Origin: Eledone cirrhosa
Lineage: Eukaryota
DNA: 64,000 nt
Direction: 5' to 3'
Assembly: GCA_964016885.1 (NCBI GenBank)
Contig: OZ024748.1
Location: 24,428,001 to 24,492,000 of the forward strand
The translations under genes were made by a program, and so were the position numbers. Position 1 is the stretch's first letter. Each line of letters starts with the position of its first letter. Positions 26,701 to 42,300 of this stretch are shown here, one piece after another. A model generated the notes under the pieces. The model was not told where the DNA came from. It saw nothing but the letters and a program-made list of their open reading frames with translations, and made no database searches.

Positions 26701-29639
26701 ACTATCTACAATACTTGACTTGATCCTTGTTGCCTGTCAACTATCAACAATACTTGACTTGATCCTTGTTTTCAGTCAACTATCTACAATAATTGACTTG
26801 ATCCTTGTTGTCAGTCAACTATCTACAATACTTAACTTTATCCTTGTTGCCAGTCAACTATCTACAATACTTGACTTGATCCTTGTTTTCAGTCAACTAT
26901 CTACAATAATTGACTTGATCCTTGTTGTCAGTCAACTATCTACAATACTTGACTTGATCCTTGTTGCCAGTCAACTATCTACAATACTTGACTTGATCCT
27001 TGTTGTCAGTCAACTATCTACAATACTTGACTTGATCCTTGTTGTCAGTCAACTATCTACAATACTTGACTTGATCCTTGTTGCCAGTCAACTATCTACA
27101 ATACTTGACTTGATCCTTGTTTTCAGTCAACTATCTACAATACGTAACTTTATCCTTGTTGTCAGTCAACTATCTAAAATACTTGACTTGATCCTTGTTG
27201 CCAGTCAACTATCTACAATACTTGGCTTTATCCTTGTTGCCAGTCAACTATCTACAATACTTGACTTGATCCTTGTTTTCAGTCAACTATCTACAATAAT
27301 TGACTTGATCCTTGTTGTCAGTCAACTATCTACAATACTTGACTTGATCCTTGTTGTCAGTCAACTATCTACAATACTTGACTTGATCCTGGTTGTCAGT
27401 CAACTATCTACAATACTTGACTTGATCCTTGTTGTCAGTCAACTATCTACAATACTTGACTTGATCCTGGTTGCCAGTCAACTATCTACAATATTTTACT
27501 TGATCCTTGTTGTCAGTCAACTATCTACATTACTTGACTTTATCCTTGTTGCCAGTCAACTATCTACAATACTTGACTTGATCCTTGTTGTCAGTCAACT
27601 ATCTACAATACTTGACTTTATCCTTGTTGCCAGTCAACTATCTACAATACTTGACTTGATCCTTGTTGTCAGTCAACTATCTGCAATACTTGACTTGATC
27701 CTGGTTGCCAGTCAACTATCTACAATACTTGACTTGATCCTTGTTGTCAGTCATCTATCTACAATACTTGACTTGATCCTGGTTGTCAGTCAACTATCTA
27801 CAATACTTGACTTGATCCTTGTTTTCAGTCAACTATCTACAATAATTGACTTGATCCTTGTTGCCAGTCAACTATCTACAATACTTGACTTGATCCTTGT
27901 TGCCAGTCAACTATCTACAATACTTGACTTGATCCTTGTTTTCAGTCAACCATCTACAATAATTGACTTGATCCTTGTTGTTAGTCAACTATCTACAATA
28001 CTTGACTTGATCCTGGTTGCCAGTCAACTATCTACAATCTTTTACTTGATCCTTGTTGTCAGTCAACTATCTACATTACTTGACTTTATCCTTGTTGCCA
28101 GTCAACGATCTACAATACTTGACTTGATCCTTGTTGTCAGTCAACTATTTACAATACTTGACTTGATCCTGGATGCCAGTCAACTATCTACAATACTTGA
28201 CTTGATCCTTGTTGTCAGTCAACTATCTACAATACTTGACTTGATGCTGGTTGTCAGTCAACTATCTACAATACTTGACTTGATCCTTGTTGTCAGTCAA
28301 CTATCTACAATACTTGACTTTATCCTTGTTGCCAGTCAACTATCTACAATACTTGACTTGATCCTTGTTGTCAGTCAACTATCTACAATACTTGACTTGA
28401 TCCTGGTTGCCAGTCAACTATCTACAATACTTGACTTGATCCTGGTTGTCAGTCAACTATCTACAATACTTGACTTGATCCTTGTTTTCAGTCAACTATC
28501 TACAATAATTGACTTGATCCTTGTTGCCAGTCAACTATCTACAATACTTGACTTGATCCTTGTTGCCAGTCAACTATCTACAATACTTGACTTGATCCTT
28601 GTTTTCAGTCAACCATCTACAATAATTGACTTGATCCTTGTTGTTAGTCAACTATCTACAATACTTAACTTTATCCTTGTTGTCAGTCAACTATCTACAA
28701 TACTTGACTTGATCCTTGTTGCCAGTCAACTATCTACAATAATTGACTTGATCCTTGTTGACAGTCAACTATCTACAATACTTGACTTGATCCTTGTTTT
28801 CAGTCAACTATCTACAATAATTGACTTGATCCTTGTTGTCAGTCAACTATCTACAATACTTAACTTTATCCTTGTTGTCAGTCAACTATCTACAATACAT
28901 GACTTGATCCTTGTTGTCAGTCAACTATCTACAATACTTGACTTGATCCTTGTTGTCAGTCAACTATCTACAATACTTGACTTGATCCTTGTTTTCAGTC
29001 AACTATCTACAATAATTGACTTGATCCTTGTTTTCAGTCAACTATCTACAATACTTAACTTTATCCTTGTTGCCAGTCAACTATCTACAATACTTGACTT
29101 GATCCTGGTTGCCAGTCAACTATCTACAATACTTGACTTGATCCTTGTTGTCAGTCAACTATCTACAATACTTGACTTGATCCTGGTTGCCAGTCAACTA
29201 TCTACAATATTTTACTTGATCCTTGTTGTCAGTCATCTATCTACATTACTTGACTTTATCCTTGTTGCCAGTCAACTATCTACAATACTTGACTTGATCC
29301 TTGTTGTCAGTCAACTATCTACAATACTTGACTTGATCCTGGTTGCCAGTCAACTATCTACAATACTTGACTTGATCCTTGTTGTCAGTCAGCTATCTAC
29401 AATACTTGACTTGATCCTGGTTGTCAGTCAACTATCTACAATACTTGAATTGATCCTTGTTTTCAGTCAACTATCTACAATAATTGACTTGATCCTTGTT
29501 GCCAGTCAACTATCTACAATACTTGACTTAATCCTTGTTGCCTGTCAACTATCTACAATACTTGACTTGATCCTTGTTTTCAGTCAACTATCTACAATAA
29601 TTGACTTGATCCTTGTTGTCAGTCAACTATCTACAATAC

Positions 29640-32600
29640 ATAACTTTATCCTTGTTGTCAGTCAACTATCTACAATACTTGACTTGATCCTTGTTGCCAG
29701 TCAACTATCTACAATACTTGACTTTTCCTTGTTTTCAGTCAACTATCTACAATACTTGACTTGATCCTTGTTTTCAGTCAACTATCTACAATAATTGACT
29801 TGATCCTTGTTGTCAGTCAACTATCTACATTACTTCACTTTATCCTTGTTGCCAGTCAACTATCTACAATACTTGACTTGATCCTTGTTTTCAGTCAACT
29901 ATCTACAATAATTGACTTGATCTTGTTGCCAGTCAACTATCTACAAACTTGACTTGATCCTTGTTGCCAGTCAACTATCTACAATACTTGACTTGATCCA
30001 TGTTGCCAGTCAACTATCTACAATACTTGACTTGATCCTTGTTGCCAGTCAACTATCAACAATACTTGACTTGATCCTTGTTTTCAGTCAACTATCTACA
30101 ATAATTGACTTGATCCTTGTTGTCAGTCAACTATCTACAATACTTAACTTTATCCTTGTTGTCAGTCAACTATCTACAATACATGACTTGATCCTTGTTG
30201 TCAGTCAACTATCTACAATACTTGACTTGATCCTTGTTGTCAGTCAACTATCTACAATACTTGACTTGATCCTTGTTTTCAGTCAACCATCTACAATAAT
30301 TGACTTGATCCTTGTTGTCAGTCAACTATCTACAATACTTGACTTGATCCTTGTTTTCAGTGAACTATCTACAATACTTGACTTGATCCTTGTTGTCAGT
30401 CAACTATCTACAATACTTGACTTGATCCTGGTTGCCAGTCAACTATCTACAATACTTGACTTGATCCTTGTTGCCAGTCAACTATCAACAATACTTGACT
30501 TGATCCTTGTTTTCAGTCAACTATCTACAATAATTGACTTGATCCTTGTTGTCCGTCAACTATCTACGATACTTAACTTTATCCTTGTTGTCAGTCAACT
30601 ATCTACAATAATTGAATTGATCCTTGTTGTCAGTCAACTATCTACAATACTTAACTTTATCCTTGTTGTCAGTCAACTATCTACAATACTTGACTTGATC
30701 CTTGTTGCCAGTCAACTATCTACAATAAGTGACTTGATCCTTGTTGCCAGTCAACTGTCTACAATACTTGACTTGATCCTTGTTGCCTGTCAACTATCTA
30801 CAATACTTGACTTGATCCTTGTTTTCAGTCAACTATCTACAATAATTGACTTGATCCTTGTTGTCAGTCAACTATCTACAATACTTAACTTTATCCTTGT
30901 TGTCAGTCAACTATCTACAATACTTGACTTGATCCTTGTTGCCAGTCAACTATCTACAATACTTGACTTTTCCTTGTTGTCAGTCAACTATCTACAATAA
31001 TTGACTTGATCCTTGTTTTCAGTCAACTATCTACAATACTTGACTTGCTCCTTGTTTTCAGTCAACTATCTACAATAATTGACTTGATCCTTGTTGTCAG
31101 TCAACTATCTACAATACTTGACTTGATCCTCGTTGTCAGTCAACTATCTACAATACTTGACTTGATCCTGGTTGCCAGTCAACTATCTACAATACTTGAC
31201 TTGATCCTTGTTGTCAGTCAACTATCTACAATACTTGACTTGATCCTGGTTGCCAGTCAACTATCTACAATCTTTTACTTGATGCTTGTTGTCAGTCAAC
31301 TATCTACATTACTTGACTTTATTCTTGTTGCCAGTCAACTATCTACAATACTTGACTTGATCCTTGTTGTCAGTCAACTATCTACAATACTTGACTTGAT
31401 CCTGGTTGCCAGTCAACTATCTACAATACTTGACTTGATCCTTGTTGTCAGTCAACTATCTACAATACTTGACTTGATGCTGGTTGTCAGTCAACTATCT
31501 ACAATACTTGACTTGATCCTTGTTGTCAGTCAACTATCTACAATACTTGACTTTATCCTTGTTGCCAGTCAACTATCTACAATACTTGACTTGATCCTTG
31601 TTGTCAGTCAACTATCTACAATACTTGACTTGATCCTGGTTGCCAGTCAACTATCTACAATACTTGACTTGATCCTGGTTGTCAGTCAACTATCTACAAT
31701 ACTTGACTTGATCCTTGTTTTCAGTCAACTATCTACAATAATTGACTTGATCCTTGTTGCCAGTCAACTATCTACAATACTTGACTTGATCCTTGTTGCC
31801 AGTCAACTATCTACAATACTTGACTTGATCCTTGTTTTCAGTCAACCATCTACAATAATTGACTTGATCCTTGTTGTTAGTCAACTATCTACAATACTTG
31901 ACTTGATCCTGGTTGCCAGTCAACTATCTACAATCTTTTACTTGATCCTTGTTGTCAGTCAACTATCTACATTACTTGACTTTATCCTTGTTGCCAGTCA
32001 ACTATCTACAATACTTGACTTGATCCTTGTTGTCAGTCAACTATCTACAATACTTGACTTGATCCTGGTTGCCAGTCAACTATCTACAATACATAACTTT
32101 ATCCTTGTTGTCAGTCAACTATCTACAATACTTGACTTGATCCTTGTTGCCAGTCAACTATCTACAATACTTGACTTTTCCTTGTTTTCAGTCAACTATC
32201 TACAATACTTGACTTGATCCTTGTTTTCAGTCAACTATCTACAATAATTGACTTGATCCTTGTTGTCAGTCAACTATCTACATTACTTCACTTTATCCTT
32301 GTTGCCAGTCAACTATCTACAATACTTGACTTGATCCTTGTTTTCAGTCAACTATCTACAATAATTGACTTGATCTTGTTGCCAGTCAACTATCTACAAT
32401 ACTTGACTTGATCCTTGTTGCCAGTCAACTATCTACAATACTTGACTTGATCCATGTTGCCAGTCAACTATCTACAATACTTGACTTGATCCTTGTTGCC
32501 AGTCAACTATCAACAATACTTGACTTGATCCTTGTTTTCAGTCAACTATCTACAATAATTGACTTGATCCTTGTTGTCAGTCAACTATCTACAATACTTA

Positions 32601-34540
32601 ACTTTATCCTTGTTGTCAGTCAACTATCTACAATACATGACTTGATCCTTGTTGTCAGTCAACTATCTACAATACTTGACTTGATCCTTGTTGTCAGTCA
32701 ACTATCTACAATACTTGACTTGATCCTTGTTTTCAGTCAACCATCTACAATAATTGACTTGATCCTTGTTGTCAGTCAACTATCTACAATACTTGACTTG
32801 ATCCTTGTTTTCAGTGAACTATCTACAATACTTGACTTGATCCTTGTTGTCAGTCAACTATCTACAATACTTGACTTGATCCTGGTTGCCAGTCAACTAT
32901 CTACAATACTTGACTTGATCCTTGTTGCCAGTCAACTATCAACAATACTTGACTTGATCCTTGTTTTCAGTCAACTATCTACAATAATTGACTTGATCCT
33001 TGTTGTCCGTCAACTATCTACGATACTTAACTTTATCCTTGTTGTCAGTCAACTATCTACAATAATTGAATTGATCCTTGTTGTCAGTCAACTATCTACA
33101 ATACTTAACTTTATCCTTGTTGTCAGTCAACTATCTACAATACTTGACTTGATCCTTGTTGCCAGTCAACTATCTACAATAAGTGACTTGATCCTTGTTG
33201 CCAGTCAACTATCTACAATACTTGACTTGATCCTTGTTGCCTGTCAACTATCTACAATACTTGACTTGATCCTTGTTTTCAGTCAACTATCTACAATAAT
33301 TGACTTGATCCTTGTTGTCAGTCAACTATCTACAATACTTAACTTTATCCTTGTTGTCAGTCAACTATCTACAATACTTGACTTGATCCTTGTTGCCAGT
33401 CAACTATCTACAATACTTGACTTTTCCTTGTTGTCAGTCAACTATCTACAATAATTGACTTGATCCTTGTTTTCAGTCAACTATCTACAATACTTGACTT
33501 GCTCCTTGTTTTCAGTCAACTATCTACAATAATTGACTTGATCCTTGTTGTCAGTCAACTATCTACAATACTTGACTTGATCCTTGTTGTCAGTCAACTA
33601 TCTACAATACTTGACTTGATCCTGGTTGCCAGTCAACTATCTACAATACTTGACTTGATCCTTGTTGTCAGTCAACTATCTACAATACTTGACTTGATCC
33701 TGGTTGCCAGTCAACTATCTACAATCTTTTACTTGATCCTTGTTGTCAGTCAACTATCTACATTACTTGACTTTATCCTTGTTGCCAGTCAACTATCTAC
33801 AATACTTGACTTGATCCTTGTTGTCAGTCAACTATCTACAATACTTGACTTGATCCTGGTTGCCAGTCAACTATCTACAATACTTGACTTGATCCTTGTT
33901 GTCAGTCAACTATCTACAATACTTGACTTGATGCTGGTTGTCAGTCAACTATCTACAATACTTGACTTGATCCTTGTTGTCAGTCAACTATCTACAATAC
34001 TTGACTTTATCCTTGTTGCCAGTCAACTATCTACAATACTTGACTTGATCCTTGTTGTCAGTCAACTATCTACAATACTTGACTTGATCCTGGTTGCCAG
34101 TCAACTATCTACAATACTTGACTTGATCCTGGTTGTCAGTCAACTATCTACAATACTTGACTTGATCCTTGTTTTCAGTCAACTATCTACAATAATTGAC
34201 TTGATCCTTGTTGCCAGTCAACTATCTACAATACTTGACTTGATCCTTGTTGCCAGTCAACTATCTACAATACTTGACTTGATCCTTGTTTTCAGTCAAC
34301 CATCTACAATAATTGACTTGATCCTTGTTGTTCGTCAACTATCTACAATACTTGACTTGATCCTGGTTGCCAGTCAACTATCTACAATCTTTTACTTGAT
34401 CCTTGTTGTCAGTCAACTATCTACATTACTTGACTTTATCCTTGTTGCCAGTCAACTATCTACAATACTTGACTTGATCCTTGTTGTCAGTCAACTATCT
34501 ACAATACTTGACTTGATCCTGGTTGCCAGTCAACTATCTA
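29640..34540. repeat. Higher-order tandem duplication, period ~2,454 bp (63 monomers), 2 copies
   Basis: ORF translations 29954-31000 and 32408-33454 are identical (348 aa). Offset 2454 (63x39-3) also holds for 31006/33460. Rare markers repeat: TTACTTCAC, GTCCGT..TACGAT, ATAAGTGAC, TTGCTCC. Boundaries approximate. Confidence 0.9.
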
Positions 34541-35660
34541 CAATACTTGACTTGATCCTTGTTGTCAGTCAACTATCTACAATACTTGACTTGATGCTGG
34601 TTGTCAGTCAACTATCTACAATACTTGACTTGATCCTTGTTGTCAGTCAACTATCTACAATACTTGACTTTATCCTTGTTGCCAGTCAACTATCTACAAT
34701 ACTTGACTTGATCCTTGTTGTCAGTCAACTATCTACAATACTTGACTTGATCCTGGTTGCCAGTCAACTATCTACAATACTTGACTTGATCCTGGTTGTC
34801 AGTCAACTATCTACAATACTTGACTTGATCCTTGTTTTCAGTCAACTATCTACAATAATTGACTTGATCCTTGTTGCCAGTCAACTATCTACAATACTTG
34901 ACTTGATCCTTGTTGCCAGTCAACTATCTACAATACTTGACTTGATCCTTGTTTTCAGTCAACCATCTACAATAATTGACTTGATCCTTGTTGTTAGTCA
35001 ACTATCTACAATACTTGACTTGATCCTGGTTGCCAGTCAACTATCTACAATCTTTTACTTGATCCTTGTTGTCAGTCAACTATCTACATTACTTGACTTT
35101 ATCCTTGTTGCCAGTCAACTATCTACAATACTTGACTTGATCCTTGTTGTCAGTCAACTATCTACAATACTTGACTTGATCCTGGTTGCCAGTCAACTAT
35201 CTACAATACTTGACTTGATCCTTGTTGTCAGTCAACTATCTACAATACTTGACTTGATGCTGGTTGTCAGTCAACTATCTACAATACTTGACTTGATCCT
35301 TGTTGTCAGTCAACTATCTACAATACTTGACTTTATCCTTGTTGCCAGTCAACTATCTACAATACTTGACTTGATCCTTGTTGTCAGTCAACTATCTACA
35401 ATACTTGACTTGATCCTGGTTGCCAGTCAACTATCTACAATACTTGACTTGATCCTGGTTGTCAGTCAACTATCTACAATACTTGACTTGATCCTTGTTT
35501 TCAGTCAACTATCTACAATAATTGACTTGATCCTTGTTGGCAGTCAACTATCTACAATACTTGACTTGATCCTTGTTGCCAGTCAACTATCTACAATACT
35601 TGACTTGATCCTTGTTTTCAGTCAACCATCTACAATAATTGACTTGATCCTTGTTGTTAG
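33680..35660. repeat. 17-monomer (663-bp) higher-order repeat, ~3 tandem copies
   Basis: Marker ATCTTTTAC at 33724, 34387 and 35050, and marker ATGCTGG at 33931, 34594 and 35257. Every spacing is 663 = 17x39. Confidence 0.88.
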
Positions 35661-38600
35661 TCAACTATCTACAATACTTAACTTTATCCTTGTTGTCAGT
35701 CAACTATCTACAATACTTGACTTGATCCTTGTTGCCAGTCAACTATCTACAATAATTGACTTGATCCTTGTTGCCAGTCAACTATCTACAATACTTGACT
35801 TGATCCTTGTTGCCTGTCAACTATCAACAATACTTGACTTGATCCTTGTTTTCAGTCAACTATCTACAATAATTGACTTGATCCTTGTTGTCAGTCAACT
35901 ATCTACAATACTTAACTTTATCCTTGTTGTCAGTCAACTATCTACAATACATGACTTGATCCTTGTTGTCAGTCAACTATCTACAATACTTGACTTGATC
36001 CTTGTTGTCAGTCAACTATCTACAATAATTGACTTGATCCTTGTTTTCAGTCAACTATCTACAATACTTAACTTTATCCTTGTTGCCAGTCAACTATCTA
36101 CAATACTTGACTTGATCCTGGTTGCCAGTCAACTATCTACAATACTTGACTTGATCCTTGTTGTCAGTCAACTATCTACAATACTTGACTTGATCCTGGT
36201 TGCCAGTCAACTATCTACAATATTTTACTTGATCCTTGTTGTCAGTCAACTATCTACATTACTTGACTTTATCCTTGTTGCCAGTCAACTATCTACAATA
36301 CTTGACTTGATCCTTGTTGTCAGTCAACTATCTACAATACTTGACTTGATCCTGGTTGCCAGTCAACTATCTACAATACTTGACTTGATCCTTGTTGTCA
36401 GTCAGCTATCTACAATACTTGACTTGATCCTGGTTGTCAGTCAACTATCTACAATACTTGAATTGATCCTTGTTTTCAGTCAACTATCTACAATAATTGA
36501 CTTGATCCTTGTTGCCAGTCAACTATCTACAATACTTGACTTAATCCTTGTTGCCTGTCAACTATCTACAATACTTGACTTGATCCTTGTTTTCAGTCAA
36601 CTATCTACAATAATTGACTTGATCCTTGTTGTCAGTCAACTATCTACAATACATAACTTTATCCTTGTTGTCAGTCAACTATCTACAATACTTGACTTGA
36701 TCCTTGTTGCCAGTCAACTATCTACAATACTTGACTTTTCCTTGTTTTCAGTCAACTATCTACAATACTTGACTTGATCCTTGTTTTCAGTCAACTATCT
36801 ACAATAATTGACTTGATCCTTGTTGTCAGTCAACTATCTACATTACTTGACTTTATCCTTGTTGCCAGTCAACTATCTACAATACTTGACTTGATCCTTG
36901 TTTTCAGTCAACTATCTACAATAATTGACTTGATCTTGTTGCCAGTCAACTATCTACAATACTTGACTTGATCCTTGTTGCCAGTCAACTATCTACAATA
37001 CTTGACTTGATCCTTGTTTTCAGTCAACCATCTACAATAATTGACTTGATCCTTGTTGTTAGTCAACTATCTACAATACTTAACTTTATCCTTGTTGTCA
37101 GTCAACTATCTACAATACTTGACTTGATCCTTGTTGCCAGTCAATTATCTACAATACTTGACTTGATCCATGTTGCCAGTCAACTATCTACAATACTTGA
37201 CTTGATCCTTGTTGCCAGTCAACTATCAACAATACTTGACTTGATCCTTGTTGTCAGTCAACTATCTACAATACTTGACTTGATCCTGGTTGCCAGTCAA
37301 CTATCTACAATACTTGACTTGATCCTTGTTGTCAGTCAACTATCTACAATACTTGACTTGATGCTGGTTGTCAGTCAACTATCTACAATACTTGACTTGA
37401 TCCTTGTTGTCAGTCAACTATCTACAATACTTGACTTTATCCTTGTTGCCAGTCAACTATCTACAATACTTGACTTGATCCTTGTTGTCAGTCAACTATC
37501 TACAATACTTGACTTGATCCTGGTTGCCAGTCAACTATCTACAATACTTGACTTGATCCTGGTTGTCAGTCAACTATCTACAATACTTGACTTGATCCTT
37601 GTTTTCAGTCAACTATCTACAATAATTGACTTGATCCTTGTTGGCAGTCAACTATCTACAATACTTGACTTGATCCTTGTTGCCAGTCAACTATCTACAA
37701 TACTTGACTTGATCCTTGTTTTCAGTCAACCATCTACAATAATTGACTTGATCCTTGTTGTTAGTCAACTATCTACAATACTTAACTTTATCCTTGTTGT
37801 CAGTCAACTATCTACAATACTTGACTTGATCCTTGTTGCCAGTCAACTATCTACAATAATTGACTTGATCCTTGTTGCCAGTCAACTATCTACAATACTT
37901 GACTTGATCCTTGTTGCCTGTCAACTATCAACAATACTTGACTTGATCCTTGTTTTCAGTCAACTATCTACAATAATTGACTTGATCCTTGTTGTCAGTC
38001 AACTATCTACAATACTTAACTTTATCCTTGTTGTCAGTCAACTATCTACAATACATGACTTGATCCTTGTTGTCAGTCAACTATCTACAATACTTGACTT
38101 GATCCTTGTTGTCAGTCAACTATCTACAATAATTGACTTGATCCTTGTTTTCAGTCAACTATCTACAATACTTAACTTTATCCTTGTTGCCAGTCAACTA
38201 TCTACAATACTTGACTTGATCCTGGTTGCCAGTCAACTATCTACAATACTTGACTTGATCCTTGTTGTCAGTCAACTATCTACAATACTTGACTTGATCC
38301 TGGTTGCCAGTCAACTATCTACAATATTTTACTTGATCCTTGTTGTCAGTCAACTATCTACATTACTTGACTTTATCCTTGTTGCCAGTCAACTATCTAC
38401 AATACTTGACTTGATCCTTGTTGTCAGTCAACTATCTACAATACTTGACTTGATCCTGGTTGCCAGTCAACTATCTACAATACTTGACTTGATCCTTGTT
38501 GTCAGTCAGCTATCTACAATACTTGACTTGATCCTGGTTGTCAGTCAACTATCTACAATACTTGAATTGATCCTTGTTTTCAGTCAACTATCTACAATAA

Positions 38601-39340
38601 TTGACTTGATCCTTGTTGCCAGTCAACTATCTACAATACTTGACTTAATCCTTGTTGCCTGTCAACTATCTACAATACTTGACTTGATCCTTGTTTTCAG
38701 TCAACTATCTACAATAATTGACTTGATCCTTGTTGTCAGTCAACTATCTACAATACATAACTTTATCCTTGTTGTCAGTCAACTATCTACAATACTTGAC
38801 TTGATCCTTGTTGCCAGTCAACTATCTACAATACTTGACTTTTCCTTGTTTTCAGTCAACTATCTACAATACTTGACTTGATCCTTGTTTTCAGTCAACT
38901 ATCTACAATAATTGACTTGATCCTTGTTGTCAGTCAACTATCTACATTACTTGACTTTATCCTTGTTGCCAGTCAACTATCTACAATACTTGACTTGATC
39001 CTTGTTTTCAGTCAACTATCTACAATAATTGACTTGATCTTGTTGCCAGTCAACTATCTACAATACTTGACTTGATCCTTGTTGCCAGTCAACTATCTAC
39101 AATACTTGACTTGATCCTTGTTTTCAGTCAACCATCTACAATAATTGACTTGATCCTTGTTGTTAGTCAACTATCTACAATACTTAACTTTATCCTTGTT
39201 GTCAGTCAACTATCTACAATACTTGACTTGATCCTTGTTGCCAGTCAATTATCTACAATACTTGACTTGATCCATGTTGCCAGTCAACTATCTACAATAC
39301 TTGACTTGATCCTTGTTGCCAGTCAACTATCAACAATACT
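35140..39340. repeat. Higher-order tandem duplication, period 2,104 bp (54 monomers), 2 copies
   Basis: The GTTGGCAG variant has its GG at 35539 and 37643. ORF starts 36774/38878 and 36968/39072 are also offset by 2104 = 54x39-2. GTCAGCTAT, CTTGAATT and TCAATTAT markers are shared. Confidence 0.88.
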
Positions 39341-42300
39341 TGACTTGATCCTTGTTTTCAGTCAACTATCTACAATAATTGACTTGATCCTTGTTGTCAG
39401 TCAACTATCTACAATACTTAACTTTATCCTTGTTGTCAGTCAACTATCTACAATACATGACTTGATCCTTGTTGTCAGTCAACTATCTACAATACTTGAC
39501 TTGATCCTTGTTGTCAGTCAACTATCTACAATACTTGACTTGATCCTTGTTTTCAGTCAACCATCTACAATAATTGACTTGATCCTTGTTGTCAGTCAAC
39601 TATCTACAATAATTGACTTGATCCTTGTTGTCAGTCAACTATCTACAATACTTAACTTTATCCTTGTTTTCAGTCAACTATCTACAATACTTGACTTGAT
39701 CCTTGTTGCCAGTCAACTATCTACAATAATTGACTTGATCCTTGTTGCCAGTCAACTATCTACAATACTTGACTTGATCCTTGTTGCCTGTCAACTATCT
39801 ACAATACTTGACTTGATCCTTGTTTTCAGTGAACTATCTACAATACTTGACTTGATCCTTGTTGTCAGTCAACTATCTACAATACTTGACTTGATCCTGG
39901 TTGCCAGTCAACTATCTACAATATTTTACTTGATCCTTGTTGTCAGTCAACTATCTACATTACTTGACTTTATCCTTGTTGCCAGTCAACTATCTACAAT
40001 ACTTGACTTGATCCTTGTTGTCAGTCAACTATCTACAATACTTGACTTGATCCTGGTTGCCAGTCAACTATCTACAATACTTGACTTGATCCTTGTTGTC
40101 AGTCAACTATCTACAATACTTGACTTGATCCTGGTTGTCAGTCAACTATCTACAATACTTGACTTGATCCTTGTTTTCAGTCAACTATCTACAATAATTG
40201 ACTTGATCCTTGTTGCCAGTCAACTATCTACAATACCTGACTTAATCCTTGTTGCCTGTCAACTATCTACAATACTTGACTTGATCCTTGTTTTCAGTCA
40301 GCTATCTACAATAATTGACTTGATCCTTGTTGTCAGTCAACTATCTACAATACATAACTTTATCCTTGTTGTCAGTCAACTATCTACAATACTTGACTTG
40401 ATCCTTGTTGCCAGTCAACTATCTACAATACTTGACTTTTCCTTGTTTTCAGTCAACTATCTACAATACTTGACTTGATCCTTGTTTTCAGTCAACTATC
40501 TACAATAATTGACTTGATCCTTGTTGTCAGTCAACTATCTACATTACTTGACTTTATCCTTGTTGCCAGTCAACTATCTACAATACTTGACTTGATCCTT
40601 GTTTTCAGTCAACTATCTACAATAATTGACTTGATCTTGTTGACAGTCAACTATCTACAATACTTGACTTGATCCTTGTTGCCAGTCAACTATCTACAAT
40701 ACTTGACTTGATCCTTGTTTTCAGTCAACCATCTACAATAATAGACTTGATCCTTGTTGTTAGTCAACTATCTACAATACTTAACTTTATCCTTGTTGTC
40801 AGTCAACTATCTACAATACTTGACTTGATCCTTGTTGCCAGTCAACTATCTACAATACTTGACTTGATCCATGTTGCCAGTCAACTATCTACAATACTTG
40901 ACTTGATCCTTGTTGCCAGTCAACTATCAACAATACTTGACTTGATCCTTGTTTTCAGTCAACTATCTACAATAATTGACTTGATCCTTGTTGTCAGTCA
41001 ACTATCTACAATACTTAACTTTATCCTTGTTGTCAGTCAACTATCTACAATACATGACTTGATCCTTGTTGTCAGTCAACTATCTACAATACTTGACTTG
41101 ATCCTTGTTGTCAGTCAACTATCTACAATACTTGACTTGATCCTTGTTTTCAGTCAACCATCTACAATAATTGACTTGGTCCTTGTTGTCAGTCAACTAT
41201 CTACAATAATTGACTTGATCCTTGTTGTCAGTCAACTATCTACAATACTTAACTTTATCCTTGTTTTCAGTCAACTATCTACAATACTTGACTTGATCCT
41301 TGTTGCCAGTCAACTATCTACAATAATTGACTTGATCCTTGTTGCCAGTCAACTATCTACAATACTTGACTTGATCCTTGTTGCCTGTCAACTATCTACA
41401 ATACTTGACTTGATCCTTGTTTTCAGTGAACTATCTACAATAATTGACTTGATCCTTGTTGTCAGTCAACTATCTACAATACTTAACTTTATCCTTGTTG
41501 TCAGTCAACTATCTACAACACTTGACTTGATCCTTGTTGTCAGTCAACTATCTACAATACTTGACTTGATCCTTGTTGTCAGTCAACTATCTAAAATAAT
41601 TGACTTGATCCTTGTTGTCAGTCAACTATCTACAATACTTGACTTGATCCTTGTTCCCAGTCAACTATCAACAATACTTGACTTGATCCTTGTTTTCAGT
41701 CAACTATCTACAATAATTGACTTGATCCTTGTTGTCAGTCAACTATCTACAATACTTAACTTTATCCTTGTTGCCAGTCAACTATCTGCAATACTTGACT
41801 TGATCCTTGTTTTCAGTCAACTATCTACAATACTTGACTTGATCCTTGTTGTCAGTCAACTATCTACAATACTTGACTTGATCCTTGTTGTCAGTCAACT
41901 AGCTACAATACTTGACTTGATCCTTGTTGCCAGTCAACTATCTACAATACTTGACTTGATCCTTGTTTTCAGTCAACTATCTACAATAGGTAACTTTATC
42001 CTTGTTGTCAGTCAATTATCTACAATACTTGACTTGATCCTTGTTGCCAGTCAACTATCTACGATACTTGACTTGATCCTTGTTTTCAGTCAACTATCTA
42101 CAATACTTAACTTTATCCTTGTTGTCAGTCAACTATCTACAATACATGACTTGATCCTTGTTGTCAGTCAACTATCTACAATACTTGACTTGATCCTTGT
42201 TGTCAGTCAACTATCTACAATACTTGACTTGATCCTTGTTTTCAGTCAACCATCTACAATAATTGACTTGATCCTTGTTGTCAGTCAACTATCTACAATA

